Part shown: positions 13,601 through 26,228 of the stretch, one piece after another
Layout: every line of letters begins with the position of its first letter
Position numbering within the stretch: position 1 is the stretch's first letter
Origin: Takakia lepidozioides
Lineage: Eukaryota; Plantae; Bryophyta
NCBI GenBank assembly: GCA_030704615.1
Contig: CM060733.1
Location: 52,328,001-52,392,000 of the forward strand
Direction: 5' to 3'
DNA: 64,000 nt
Notes under the pieces: model-generated
Told to the model about the DNA's origin: nothing
Seen by the model: only the letters and a program-made list of their open reading frames with translations
The model's database searches: none
Position numbers and translations under genes: made by a program

Positions 13601-15961
13601 CCTTTTTCTTCTGTTTACTGCTCTGCCTTCGCAAAAAATTCCACAACCTGCCCATTTTAGCTGGACTCTCTGGCAGGACTTCTGGACCTGGGCCTGCCGT
13701 CTTCACTGAATCAGTTCTCTCCCAAACTTCGACCAGGATTCGATCCTGTAGACTGCCACAAGAAGATCCGTTACCTACCTTTAAGAAAAACTCGGATACC
13801 AAATGACCCTGTAACCAGCTTTCCCCAGCTGCCAAGGGCCAAGATCCACACCCTGCTTCCATTGGAGGCTGATATCCTATGGAACATCCCGAGGGCATCT
13901 CAATAACACTAGCCAAAACAAAGTTTTTCCCAGGTGAGTGGCCCGGAACCATTGCCTCCTCACAGACCCAGTGCTAGCCACTGTTGGAGAGTGCCAAATG
14001 AAAATAGTTGCTAGGGTCAAAAACTAAGGAGGAGGATCAAAGGTATGACCAATGTGGAAAATATAGAATAGACAACAGACAATCCACTAGGCTGACTTCA
14101 GAGAACTAACTTCTGGCAATGAGAACAAAAGCAATAGAAAAGATTGTTCGAAGAGACAGACCTGCTCACAGGAATCCAGGGAGATCGAGCTTGCCATTCA
14201 GGATTCCCTGTGCAGATTACCACTTCACTGAGATATGCAGGGCTCTGCTCTAGACCATCTTCAGATTCAACTGGGGAGGGTATTGTCCCAGGCCGGGCTG
14301 GCAAGATGGTAACGGAGCAGTAGACCTCAAGCTGGGGAGGCTTTCTTTTGAAAGCAGGTGCAATGCAGAGTGTAGAATTCATAGGCCATAGTTCTTCAGC
14401 AGAGAGCAGCTCCACCTGCACACCGCCTGAAAATGAAGGCAAACTGCCGAAGAGATCAACCAGATTTGAAAGGTTCTGCAGCTCCTCCACCTTCCAGCTT
14501 TGGTAAACTACAATGTCCTCAAACTGAGTAGGGGGGACCAGGGAATCTTCATCCTTTTGGAGTGCCTCCAACTTTGCCTGAACCTCTGCATTAAGAAAAT
14601 AAGATTCCCCTATCAGAAGGGCAAAGACGATTGAAAAGGTGAGCACCTAATTGTGCCATTTAATTTTGTATGGAAAGAACATAAGACTAAAGCCTCACAC
14701 ATTCAGAGGAAAGTTCAGGCCAATGTTCCAGGTCGAATTCATTAGCTTTAGAAGCAAACAAGCTGTAGTTTCAACACTCCAATCACTGTGGTTGTCAACT
14801 TCCACAGCAAATCATTGGTGTTACCTGGACTAACCAATCAGAAATTATGGTGATTGAATATCTGGATTCCAAGTACATAGACAAACATTAATTTCCTCAG
14901 AATCAGTTGTATTCATCATCGTGAGCACCCTGCAGAAGGTCATAGTAGCATCATCAGGAAGCTGACGGCCAACTGTAGCTTTGGACTTCCTCGTTTGAAG
15001 GACAGACTTCCAACACACTAGTTGTTAGATCTTAAACGCACAGTTTTCACAAATTTCTACATGGCGCTGTTCCTGTTGAACCTGTTAGACATTGTCAACT
15101 CATCATGTATGACAAGCAGTTGAAGGCTTCTGAAGCAGCTGATAAATGTTCGGGTCCATACTAGCCAGGTGAAAATTGTCTCTCTCTTAGGGTACAAAAA
15201 ACCTTCAAAAAGATATCACCAATATATGTAACCAAGTGCCTGAGAAACGAGACCAGCATTGAAAGCTGCAAGCAATTGACAGCTCCAGAACATCCAAGAA
15301 GACTGATTTGGAGACGGACAAGTGAGCTACTTAGGGGACAAGGTTCCGTCGAAAAAGCAGCCTATGGAGTGAACATAGACATACCAGCCCTTCGGTACTG
15401 AGCCACTTTGAGAGCACGGCTCTCAGCCTTGGCGTACACAGTGTCGTGGAGAGTGAAGGCCTGCTTAACAACCTCGGCATTCTGCATACAGTCATCCAGG
15501 CTCTCTCCAGGACTTCTTGGTGCAAAAACAGAGCGTAAAACCGCTTCACAAAGACGCGGATCGTTGCTTTGAACGATATCAGAGAGTTCCGATTTGATGT
15601 CGGGAAGGTACGCAATCTGGCTGTTGATGACATCCGTAATATCTGCAACCGAGCAACTCTCTACTTCATTTAATTGTGACTGGTTTCTTCCAGAAATTGA
15701 GCTTGCACTAGATTTTACTGTCACCTCCTTGATACGACCAGAGCTAACATCGGCCAAACGGATCGTCGTCAGGTCTGCACACTCTTCATCACGTTGAAAG
15801 TCAAAGTCTATTCTCACCATACGAATTGGAACACGCAATGCAGAACTGTGAGAGCCAGCATTGAGCACCACAGTGGAAGGCAAAACCAGCCGATTTGGAT
15901 CATAGTCCTCCACCGACGGCTGCCGCGCCGACGTGTTGAGGCGAGTCAGCGACGGTGGCAT
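4697..15961 (-). CDS. Munc13/UNC-13-like vesicle priming/tethering protein (C2 + MUN/MHD1-MHD2 + C-terminal GRAM/PH-like); many exons, 3' end uncertain (~4.0-4.7 kb)
   Basis: Start ATG at 15961. C2-like exon GGVQVELLSAEEL...EVYCSVTILPA at 14160-14430. MUN-like exons QLNNIIAVLEQ (8270-8310), LQPLTKFLDQHLTIMNESLNPSIFRQVL (6970-7050), ESLTVFYDYFQCGGMGL...DTRELC and LDYLCLLRQRDDEEAQELV (5990-6540). GRAM-like exon GTLYVTCKRICF...FSRFSNRDVV (5624-5352). GT-AG boundaries found for the exons checked. Confidence 0.75.
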
Positions 15962-17567
15962 TCTAGCCACAAAATTGGGAAGGCGGTGCAGGAATCCTCA
16001 GAACAGCAGACTTGCATCCCTCAGTTTTTAGAACGCAGCCAGCTGCTGGAAACTTTCGTAAGCTCCAACCGCCTCCCGCCTCTCCTCTCTCTTTCCTCTT
16101 TACACAATCATATTCCAAGAATCTGTTGGGGTTCTTTCTCCTCCTAGATAGTACACTAGCAGAGCTTTCGGACTCGCCAACTCAACTTGGCAGGTGCAAG
16201 CTGTGCTGCAGTGCATGTCTCGCTCGTGTGGAGGCAGAGACAGGGAGCGCGTGCGACACACAGGAACGAGAACTCGAGAGCGGCCTAACGAACCCACCGC
16301 GTCGCTGCATTTACTCCCATTATAGCCACTCTCCCAGGTGTGCTGTGTGCTTCACACAACACGTGGGGACCGTTGCACTTTGGGTTGCAGAATACACGGA
16401 CTATAACAGGGACCCTTGGAAGCTGCTCAGCATCTTCGAACCAACCGTGCTGGTCCTCTCGTCCTCTCCTCTATGTAGGGATTTTCTTGATACAACACAA
16501 TACATGGGAACATCATACTCCAGATGATGAGGCGGTCGAATGTCGAATGGCGAATGTTGTAGGCAATCAACTGCACATATGATGCCAGTGCGAGATTTCC
16601 ACTTCTGTAACATAATATATTGCCATAGGAGGCGCAATTGTGAGAGGAGAAATGGAAAGAGAGAGTCGGACAGGCTGGTACAAGCTGTGCTTGCGCTTTG
16701 GGTGCACGCACCCTATATTCGCATTTTCCACCCCATGTCATGCATCAATCAGATCAATCAAGGAGAAAACAAACTCTAGGGCGAGGAAATTTGAGCGGGT
16801 AGATGTAAATAGCCTACAGGATACCCTTCCCCAATCAGGCATCGTGTGGGCCAGGTAGGTAAGTTAGTTCGGGTGTCTGCACAGGTCCTCGGTCCTCACG
16901 CATTTGCTGATTGAGCGTGGGCCCATAGCTAGCTTGGGTTTGACAGCCTTAGAGTTGACCTGGCTTTCGACCCATCCACCAAACGGATGAAAATCCTGCT
17001 CTCCATTAGACATCCCTACTCCATCCAATTTTTAACACAAAATTTAGACACTTTATGTAGAAATACATAAATTAGATGGATGGTTGGGTACAAAGGCATA
17101 TTCCAAATATTCCAAAAGATTTTGGAGAATACGCGGTTGCAAAACCAAAATGCGCTCACGCGGTAGGAAATACAAAACTATCTGAAAACCGTGCTCACGC
17201 GAAAAAAATCATATGAAATTAATCGTCCAAAGCATAACTCAGGTGAGCACAAAGACCCACAAATATATCTGCCAGAACTCAAAGATCAAGCGCATGTAAA
17301 CAATGTGGCAAGAACCACCCAAAAAAAAGGGTTTTGCAAGCGAAATGCAAATGGTTTTTCCCAACGAAACTTGGATTTTCATCGATGAAACCAAATTGGG
17401 GTTTGGTTTTGGTTTTTTGTTTTTTCTTCAAGACTTCTCCCTTTCAAGCCCTTCTATATGTTTAACATTATATTTAGACACCATGGAGACGCCAGTTTCC
17501 GGCATGTCAAATCTTCCCCACCCTCTCTTGAGAGTGACATGAAACTGAGGGAGTATCAACTCTAGTC

Positions 17568-17651
17568 GGGGTTACATTGGGTTCCACGACGAGGTGTGTA
17601 ACTCCACTTGGGGTTACATCGGGCTACACGACGAGGTGTGTAATCCCACTC
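17568..17651. repeat. Two-copy 42-bp tandem repeat
   Basis: GGGGTTACAT(T/C)GGG(T/C)T(C/A)CACGACGAGGTGTGTAA...CCACT at 17568 and 17610. Confidence 0.8.
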
Positions 17652-18728
17652 GGACTTGACAGCGCTCGTACACGAAAATGAAATAACTCTCACAGGAGCC
17701 GGTGGACTAGGCTGCTACCTTTGACCTTCCGCCATCTCATTTGCATTTGAGCCCAACAGCACATCCTACATTTTTTCATTGCCTCTATCTCTAGTAGCTT
17801 TTGGAAGATTTTTTCCAAGATTTAATGAGCATCACCTTTCCCAATTGCTTTTTGTTTATCGTTCTTTGGAAACATTCTTCTGAGCATAGTTAGAGCGATC
17901 AAGGATATACCACTAAGTGTTTCTCGATGCGAAACCCATCGTTGCTTAGGTTTGTGCCCATATCACCAAATATTTCTCAATGCGGAACCTGCCGCCACCG
18001 CTATAGGTTTTAGGGTTTTTGGCTACACTATTGAAGGTTTGGCCTTGCTGAATTGGCATAGGTGTACCATATAACTGCACCAGTCCTCTATACCCGCTTA
18101 TGGTTTTATCCCGTTTTGAGAACATATAACTCGTATGACCGAGGTTAAAAAACATAAAACTCTAATGACCGTGAGCAACAATCCCTATCTTGATGAGTAC
18201 AATGAACTGGCTGTACCATTGTAGCTTTAGGAAAGTGAATTCTAAAGCTCAACTATCTTTTTTTGAACCTTCTAAGCTATCTTTTGAACCCTCTAGGCAT
18301 AAGAGAAAGAGTTTCTAATTAAGTCTTCTGATCTTATCCACCTTCATAAACTTCTGCTAGGCTTTTTCTAATGTTTCCTGGTTACGGGCAGGTGTCTCCT
18401 TCCTCGCTTTAGTATATTTCCGGCCTACAGGCCTTTATCCAAATAAAATAAACTAAAAACAACTGAACTAAAGTAAAATAAATAAATTTTATCTTTTTAA
18501 AATCAAAATGTTAATAATAGTAGTTTTCAGCCCCTGTTGGTCAACATTTAAAAACAAAAAGAGAATCAAAATCAAAATCCAAATTCGTAAGGCGAGAAAC
18601 GCGTACACAGCTGACCACACCTGGCACTGACGGTATGTCCGTGTAGACGTGGCAACATGACACACTATAGATACACGCTGCTATGTACGTGTAAGTACTA
18701 CATGTACCTTGATCCTAAACGATATGGG

Positions 18729-18748
18729 ATATATATATATATATATAT
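18729..18748. repeat. (AT)n microsatellite
   Basis: Run of ~10 AT units flanked on both sides by ATGGGAT(A). Confidence 0.85.
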
Positions 18749-19473
18749 GGGATATTCATTTCCCTGTTACGAAGCTACCTAGCAAGCAACCAAGATAATA
18801 TATTTTGGGCGGTTACCTCTGCAGCTGTCTGGGGTATCGGAAGGGGAAGGTGGACTTCTCGGTCACTCTCTCTCTCCCAATCTTCCAAGATGGAAAACAG
18901 ATCTCTCATCAACCTTGAAAGGAAGTGGTGAAAGGAAGTGGTGAAAGTCTGCACCGATACGGTTCCAACACCTTGCTCTCTCACCTCTCCTCTTTTACAC
19001 CATTATCTGTCATTCAGAATGTCATTGTGGCCTCACCACATTCCTGTGACCAGATTGCAGCCTAATGTTGGGTTCAGTCTCATGGGCTGCAACACACAAC
19101 CAGCTCCCAGCTCCTGCGGACAGCATACTCAACGGTCTATCGATTACCCAAATATTCACTACCATGGTACAGACTACAGACAGACCCAGTTGGATTTCCT
19201 GTCCACTGCATGTGGCCGATATGATCTCTGCATCTTAGCATGCTTTTCCATCGCAGTCAAGTCAATTTGAGTGAATAAATCTGTTTTTGATGTGGATAGT
19301 TTGGCATATAGAAGCCGTAAACTGTCCGAGTAACCAATGGAGTTCTTCATCTTCCAAAGAATTATATGCTCGCTGAATTGGTAAAATAATTGTGACAAAT
19401 TAGGGGACCATAAACCAAACATTTACCAGTATGAATCAGGGTCTGTCTGAATTGAGTAGGGGTTTTGAGTATG

Positions 19474-22400
19474 TTATAAGGTGGCAGGCATGCCTTCGAC
19501 GAGCTCCACAAGGTTGGTTATACTGCACAATGACCATCACCATCCAAATAAGATCCTTACTGATGTAGACCAACCTAATCAAAACATCCAGAAAGACCTC
19601 AACAATGTGCAACTCTTCATTTTCGCCGAGAGAAATGTTGTAAGAGGTTTATCAGAGTTAAAACCGAGTCAGATGGGGGAAATGAAGCTGCAAAAGCTCC
19701 AAAAGTGCTTGTCACAGGAAATCGTATACCTGACAAGTCCCAAGTCAGGATACACTGCCTTGGCGGCTCCAAAATCCTGCACCCCATACATCAAGGTGAA
19801 GGTCAGTTTTCCAGGTTCAACTGAACTCACGGCCTGTTCTCCTACTTATGGAGGCACCCATCAAATCATTTTGAGTTGTGACCTTGTGGATCATCTCAGC
19901 GATAGGAGGGTTTTCAGGCAAACACCACACCATGGCCACTAAACTTCACATCAAGAGGAGTAATGGTTGGTGGCACCTACCTGGTTACGAGTAGAAGATG
20001 TGTAGGAGATAATACAAGACATGCCTGCTCCAACCGCAGCCTGAAAACCACAGAAAAGATCTCTAACCAAGGCAAGACACATGAACCTACTCAACTGATC
20101 TCAAAGGTAAGAAATGTACTCATGAGAGGTTGTTTGCTGTAGCCTTGTGGCCAAGAGGGGACCGACACTACCGTTGTGAGGGGCTCACTCCAGTAGTGGG
20201 ACTTACCTTGATATAAACAAGTAGTTCGGGCTTTCCAAATTTTCCCTAGAAAGCCCTTCACACAAGAATCAATCTGCTGTGTGTGAGCTGCAATTAGACC
20301 CCAACAGGACCAGGGCTTTAGGCACAACTGAAAGTTGGTGATCAGAGGTGCAGGGGCTATGTTCTTGATGGTCCTAAAGACGGTGGCCCTCTGATAAGAA
20401 TTTCTGAGACAAAATGGACAATGTCTTCAGGCTGCCTGCACATCGGCCATTGACAATCTCCCTTTCCTTTCGGCATCTCTTTACTGCTCAAAGGAAGACT
20501 CCCCGCCCTGAGTTTAACTTTCAGTCTAGAGCCGAGGGAAGGCAGGCCCTTCAGATCATCCTTTAAGTCTCATCCATGTCACAAACTCGAAACAAGAGAA
20601 CACCGGTAAGAGAACAGTGTCAAATGTAAGAGAACACCCGTAGTAAAGAGGTTACTGAGAGAGGGAGGGGGGAGGTGCCCACCAGCAGTTCCCTGTAGTG
20701 AATAAGCAAGATCAAGACCGCAAATATTTTGAAGTCAGTTGTGAACTTTTTACCGTGTTTGCCAAGAAGGGATTTATTACTTTCACAGAGGTCTAGACTG
20801 CTCACGGGTCACTAAACAATCAGAGACATGATCAGCACAAACCTGCAAGCCAATAATACTATCTTCAACCACCAATGACCGTTCTGGTGCCACTCCCAGT
20901 GCCTGCAATCAGACATTCTTAACACTCAGAAAATTATGGATCCCCAACCTTACATATATTCATTTTGTGCCTGATTGAATAAACACAGGGTGCTCCTTGT
21001 TGTAAAAGGGTTATACATAAAGACAGTACTCAATGTTATAATATGTTACTCTCATCTATCTTATCTATTAGGTGAGCAGTGTCCCAACAGGGCAATAAGG
21101 AAAATGTGATCCCAGATTTCACCTTTGCAGGTAAAATATCAGTTTAGAAACATACTATGGCAGCTGCTATGTAAATGGATGGATCAGGCTTCTTCTTGTC
21201 TACGTCATCACCTGCCACAGGGTCAGAACACCGAAAGAGCTGTTAATAAGACATGAAATAGGGGTATGGGATTGTCATGGGTATGGAAGTAGTTGGTCCA
21301 GAAACTGAAGATGAGAAAGAGTCCAGTCTTTTAAATAGATGCACAGGGTTAAGTGCCCAGTTTTAACTCTTCAGTTTTGAAAGGAAGATGAGAGGACCCA
21401 AGGAAAACCTGCCAAAAAGCAGTCCAGTTTTTCAAATCGCTCCTGCCATCCATCAGAAAGAATCCACACCCCACGTCAGTTCCTACACCAGAAAGTTCAA
21501 CTACTCCAGAGGTCTCCGGTGCAGTACCACCTTACATGAGCCCTCTCGTAGGCACTCTGTCTCCAAGCAGCATTTGCAGTCTTTCATGTGGTTTTCTTGT
21601 TGTCCATTTTTATACCATAGGCCCCCCATGAACATTATAAAGAGTTGTTTCGTCTATGTTATAAGCACACACACACAACCTACTCACTTTGAATACTATG
21701 TGCAATTATCACAATGAATGCATGTAGGAGAATCTGATAGATGGAGAAAGACTCGAAACTTGAAGGTTGAAGTGTTGAAAATACCGTGCCAAGCAGATTA
21801 GTGAGACAGAATACTACTGAGCTCTTTGTGGCAGCTGAGCACACTGCCAGCTTGAGTCCCTGCATTGCACGCTCACCAAACTCGTTGTCATCAGATTCTA
21901 ACTGAGTCCAAGTTCAGTTGAATATACAAGTGTAAATGGTGTCAAAAAGCTAAGTATGTGTTATGGTGCCATGGACACTACAACCTCCAGGTTCTGGACC
22001 AGAGCTCATATTCAACTGTTGGAAGGGAATTACAGGAAAGGAACACATGCACAGAATGACTAGAGAGAGAAAGAAGCTTCACCAGCGCACGGGCTTCATC
22101 CATAAGCCGAAGAACTCCCGGTCGAGGCTCTACCTGCACAAATAGGGCTTATTCAAGCTCCAGAGCTCAAAACTGTTCATAGCTGAACTTGGATGATCCC
22201 TGAGATCTAATAAAAGCCCCAAGCAATGAACTTCATACAGGCTCTGAAGTTGGAATTACAACCAGCAACGCCTTCTCTAGAAAAAACATCCAGTGGATCA
22301 AAGGACTTGTGGGTGAAAAACAAGTGATCCAGCAATTTTCAGTTGAAACAGAAATGGAAATGTCTGGAATATATGCTGATAACATGGGCATTTACAACAA

Positions 22401-24659
22401 GCCGATTCTGTGCCCATGGAACAAAAGCATGGAGACCAAATCTCAAGCATTGTCCCTTGATATCAAGGATGGCACATAACTGAGGGAGAGAGTTGTTGAG
22501 TCCTGTCTGTGACAGGATCATGCAATCAAAGTTATGATAATCTTTAGGTATCATTAGTGAGGTGAATCATGCATTCCATATGTCAACTTGAAACTTACTA
22601 GATTGCTGCATGCTCATCTCAATATGACCTGCAACCACTTCAAAACTTCAACACGAGAGAAAACAGGTGAGGTCCACTCACCAGAGATTAACCCTGGTTT
22701 CTGAGTGATCACAAGCTTGGACCTTGATTACAGCTAAAAGGTCAGAAGCATGTGAAGGGCAAGAAAGAAGTTACTCACCGTCCCAGAGCGTATGATATCC
22801 TTGTACTTCTCGGTTTTCCAATCCTGCATAAGCATAGGGAATGCCCACAATTTGGCAATGGAGGACAGACTGCAGTATGAGGGTATTTTCTATGACCTTT
22901 TATTACTGTGGTGAGTGGGACAAGAGATGAAATTTGGCATGGACATTTGGATACTATCAATGCTTTAGGAGCCTGACAAGGCTTACTATCCCCATTGTAT
23001 CATTAAAAAAAGGCCATTAGAAGTTTAGGCAGAATGGCCATATTAACTTTCTTAAAGCTGCGTCTATGAGAAAAACGGTGGCCAAGCTTTGCTTGGTCTA
23101 CTAAGTTACAAGAGCTCATATACCTCTCACCAGATCACTCTCCAATTAGATTTAGGTGATTCGCAAGCACCTAATCCATAGAAGCCTAGAATGCAGAGAG
23201 GACCCTTGCAACATCTACCACCTCATCATCTTCCTCTTTGCATAAAGGATCATGTCTTGAGATCAGTGTATGTCACTGCTGTAAGAAAGACCTGACCTGA
23301 TCCCAGAATAGTCTAGAGGCTAGAGCAGTAAGTCCACATTTGCTTAGTGCTGGCATTCTCTATGATGTGCCAATAAAGAATTACCGGGAAAATCCTTGAA
23401 ATGTGCCTACCAGAAGTGGCGCCAACAATGTTCACAAAATCACTCTCTCTGACAGCTGTGATGGTCAAAATTCGTTTCTGTGTTTGTGAACTCGTGCGAA
23501 TGCTATTTTAGCACAAGACCAAATTTCCAATACAAGGAGGAGGGTCTTGGCTGATATACCTGGAGTGTGTCAATGAGAGTGGCCTGATCCAGTTCACTCT
23601 CTGGCCGTGTAGTAGAGATTGTGGAAGAAGGCCATCCATTCTTGTTGAAATACCTGTACTGTCACACATTTTCTCTCATCCTCAGTTCTCGCTCTCTCTC
23701 TAGCTCTCTATAGCTACAGAAACGTAACTGGAATCCGATGATTACACAAGTGAGACTGGGAGGGAGCTCGAGAATGTTCATCTCAAAATCACGTTGACAC
23801 TAAAGTTGACAATTACGCAACGCCTGCTGTCGCCTCATGTAATTTATGAGGCTGAAAGACTACCAATCGTGTATTGTAAACGCCTCTCTTATACTCAAAA
23901 TATATATCTCTATCTAGTTGTTGTTGGCTGCTTGTTGATATCCAGCTTTCTTTCATCCCATCAGCTCTCGGAAGTTACAAAAAATTTCTCTCTCACACAC
24001 TTAAGCGAGGGAAGGAGAGTGCATCTCTCCTTTCGACTTCGTTAATCCACATTAGAATTGCAATTCGAAAAATCTCAGTTTGATCAAATCCATGTTATTA
24101 TCGTGCAACTCTAAAGAATGTCGAAAATCCGCTTACACGCTCAAGCTCATTCTTATTTCGTCAATTCAGTTCACGCAAAACAACCTTGACAGCGGGAAAG
24201 GAAAGGGAAAAAGACAGACCAGCGCATTTTAGGTTTTCCGCCTCCAATCTGGTTCTGCAACACATCGTAGAACTCCGACGTCCATACGATGGGCTCCGGC
24301 GAAGCAGGACAACAGACAGCAAAGTGCTGGAAAGCAGCATTATACGCACGCCTGTGCAGATCCTCCGACTCCAAGATCACACCGTCACAATCAAACACCA
24401 GCGCTTCCAATGCGGCTCTACATTTTCCAGGAAATCTCCCAGCACTAAAAGCACTCTTGCGTGATTTCTTTCCAGGAGACAGAGCCCCCAAATTTAGACT
24501 AGAAAACATTTCCGAACAAGTTTGACTTCGACATGCTGGGCGAGATAAATTCACAGTTTCTAGGAAGCAGGAATAGTGTAGAGGCAGAGACGGTGAGATC
24601 AGAGGCAGGGAATTAGAGGGAGAGCGGAGGGAGACGGAGGGCAGCAGGGCCATCGCCAT
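19474..24659 (-). CDS. cbbY: Chloroplast CbbY-like HAD-superfamily phosphatase, ~11 exons
   Basis: Spliced exons give ALVFDCDGVILESEDLHRRAYN (HAD motif I), QIGGGKPKMRW|YFNKNGWP, DWKTEKYKDII, VEPRPGVLRLMDEA, GLKLAVCSAATKSSV, ERFEKLDCFLAG|DDVDKKKPDPSIY, LVVEDSIIGLQ|AAVGAGMSC, DFGAAKAVYPDL. The last exon (19522-19474) is the least certain. Confidence 0.92.
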
Positions 24660-26228
24660 AGCTCTCTTTCTCGCTCCCCACACTCGCACATCCTGCCACT
24701 ACTTTGTAGTTTCGCCATTTTTCGCCACAAAAATCGCTCACAAAATTGCACAACAGTAGGTGGCTAAACTCTCTCATCCATCCGGCTAATCCCCCTTCGT
24801 TCCTTCCATTTCCCCGACATAGAGTTCGCTGATGTGTATTTGTAGTCTACTCCCCCAGCTCATCTTCCCTCAAGCTGCTAGCAAGCATTTGCTTATACAA
24901 CTAAGTATGTTGACAAACTAGTTTAATTTTTTTCCTCCGCCTTGTCAATATGTTTGTTTTGTTTTGTTTTGTTTGTTTGTTTGTTGATCTCCCAAACCGC
25001 AAGGCCTCCGCGCTGGAAAGCCCTCCATGAGTAGGGGTGCATCGAGGCGGTTTCATAATTTTTGGAAAAGGGCATGGTGGCGTTGTCAAAGCTGGAATTG
25101 TAATTTGTACTAACTTAAGTTAGATGTAATTCTGAACACTGAACGTGTTCTCTCTGCCACGTTGGCCTAGTGGATGAAGGAAGACGCTTGATTCCATGAG
25201 TCAAGATCATGGTGTGATCACTTTGACAGTAAAGCACTTTGGCTGCATGTGGAAGTGCAATATGGGTGGACAGTGGGGTTGGGATGTTTGCTAGAACAAA
25301 TCTAGGCTGTTATTGTCAGCTGCTAGCAGCAAGGTGAGGATATATTGATACATGATTGGTGCAGAGGCGGTTATAGCTGAAAATTAGAGCAGGGATACAG
25401 TGTGGGTTCAGATTCATCCCAGAGGGCCGGATTCCAAGCACGACTTCAGACCCACACACTGTTGCAGTGGGAGAGAAAACAGTATGTAAGCATCAACTTT
25501 GATCCTAGCTATAAATTTCCAGGACCCTTATGTCAGTGCTGCAGCAGGATGATCCATGACCGGTTGTTGTGTGTGATGTGCCTCATTTTGTCACCTGCTA
25601 CGTCTCCCCTTTCTCAGGCCATAAGCTTCCCTTTGCAGATTGCACTTGCTAAGTTCTCAATTGATGTACATAGGCTACGGAGTAATAGGCTGAACTTTGA
25701 AATTCTACCCCTTTGCCACTTCTAACTCTCTGAGAGTCTTTATTGTCATGCGAGATTGATATCTAATCCTCTGACACACTGTCACAGTGTAGGAATTCTC
25801 TGAAGACTATTTCCAATCATCAGAAATCAGCTCATGATGCAAGATGTCATTCTATTCTGCCCAGAAACTGTGACTGGACTTGTTAGTGTCACATAACAGT
25901 TGAGAACAAAATCAACTCAATTCCACAAATATGCAAGTCAATCGTTTGATTCAGATTTGTTCAGCTCCTAGCTAGTAACTTCTGAAAAGCATAGTTTCCC
26001 CAAGTATTCCCTTGCTAGTATTCCCTTGTCCCTCCATTTTAGATAGAGAATCTCTGCACTAATGAACTACAACTCCTCGAGTTGCCACCATGTCCAGAAC
26101 CCCCTTGCTTCGAAAGTGAATCCCCACAGGAGAATCCCGAATCTCCGGCCATTCTTTATGAGCATACACTCTATCCAACTTCAATAGCTACAGTTGGTGT
26201 TTTTGTATCTTCAGGAGTCTCCGTGATG

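Noticed and set aside
16970-17420. Possible MITE upstream of the Munc13-like gene
   Set aside because: Only short imperfect inverted matches; no convincing TIR pair or TSD could be defined.
18775-18984. Alternative last exon of cbbY
   Set aside because: The closer exon 19522-19474 has a better acceptor, correct phase and the expected C-terminal length.
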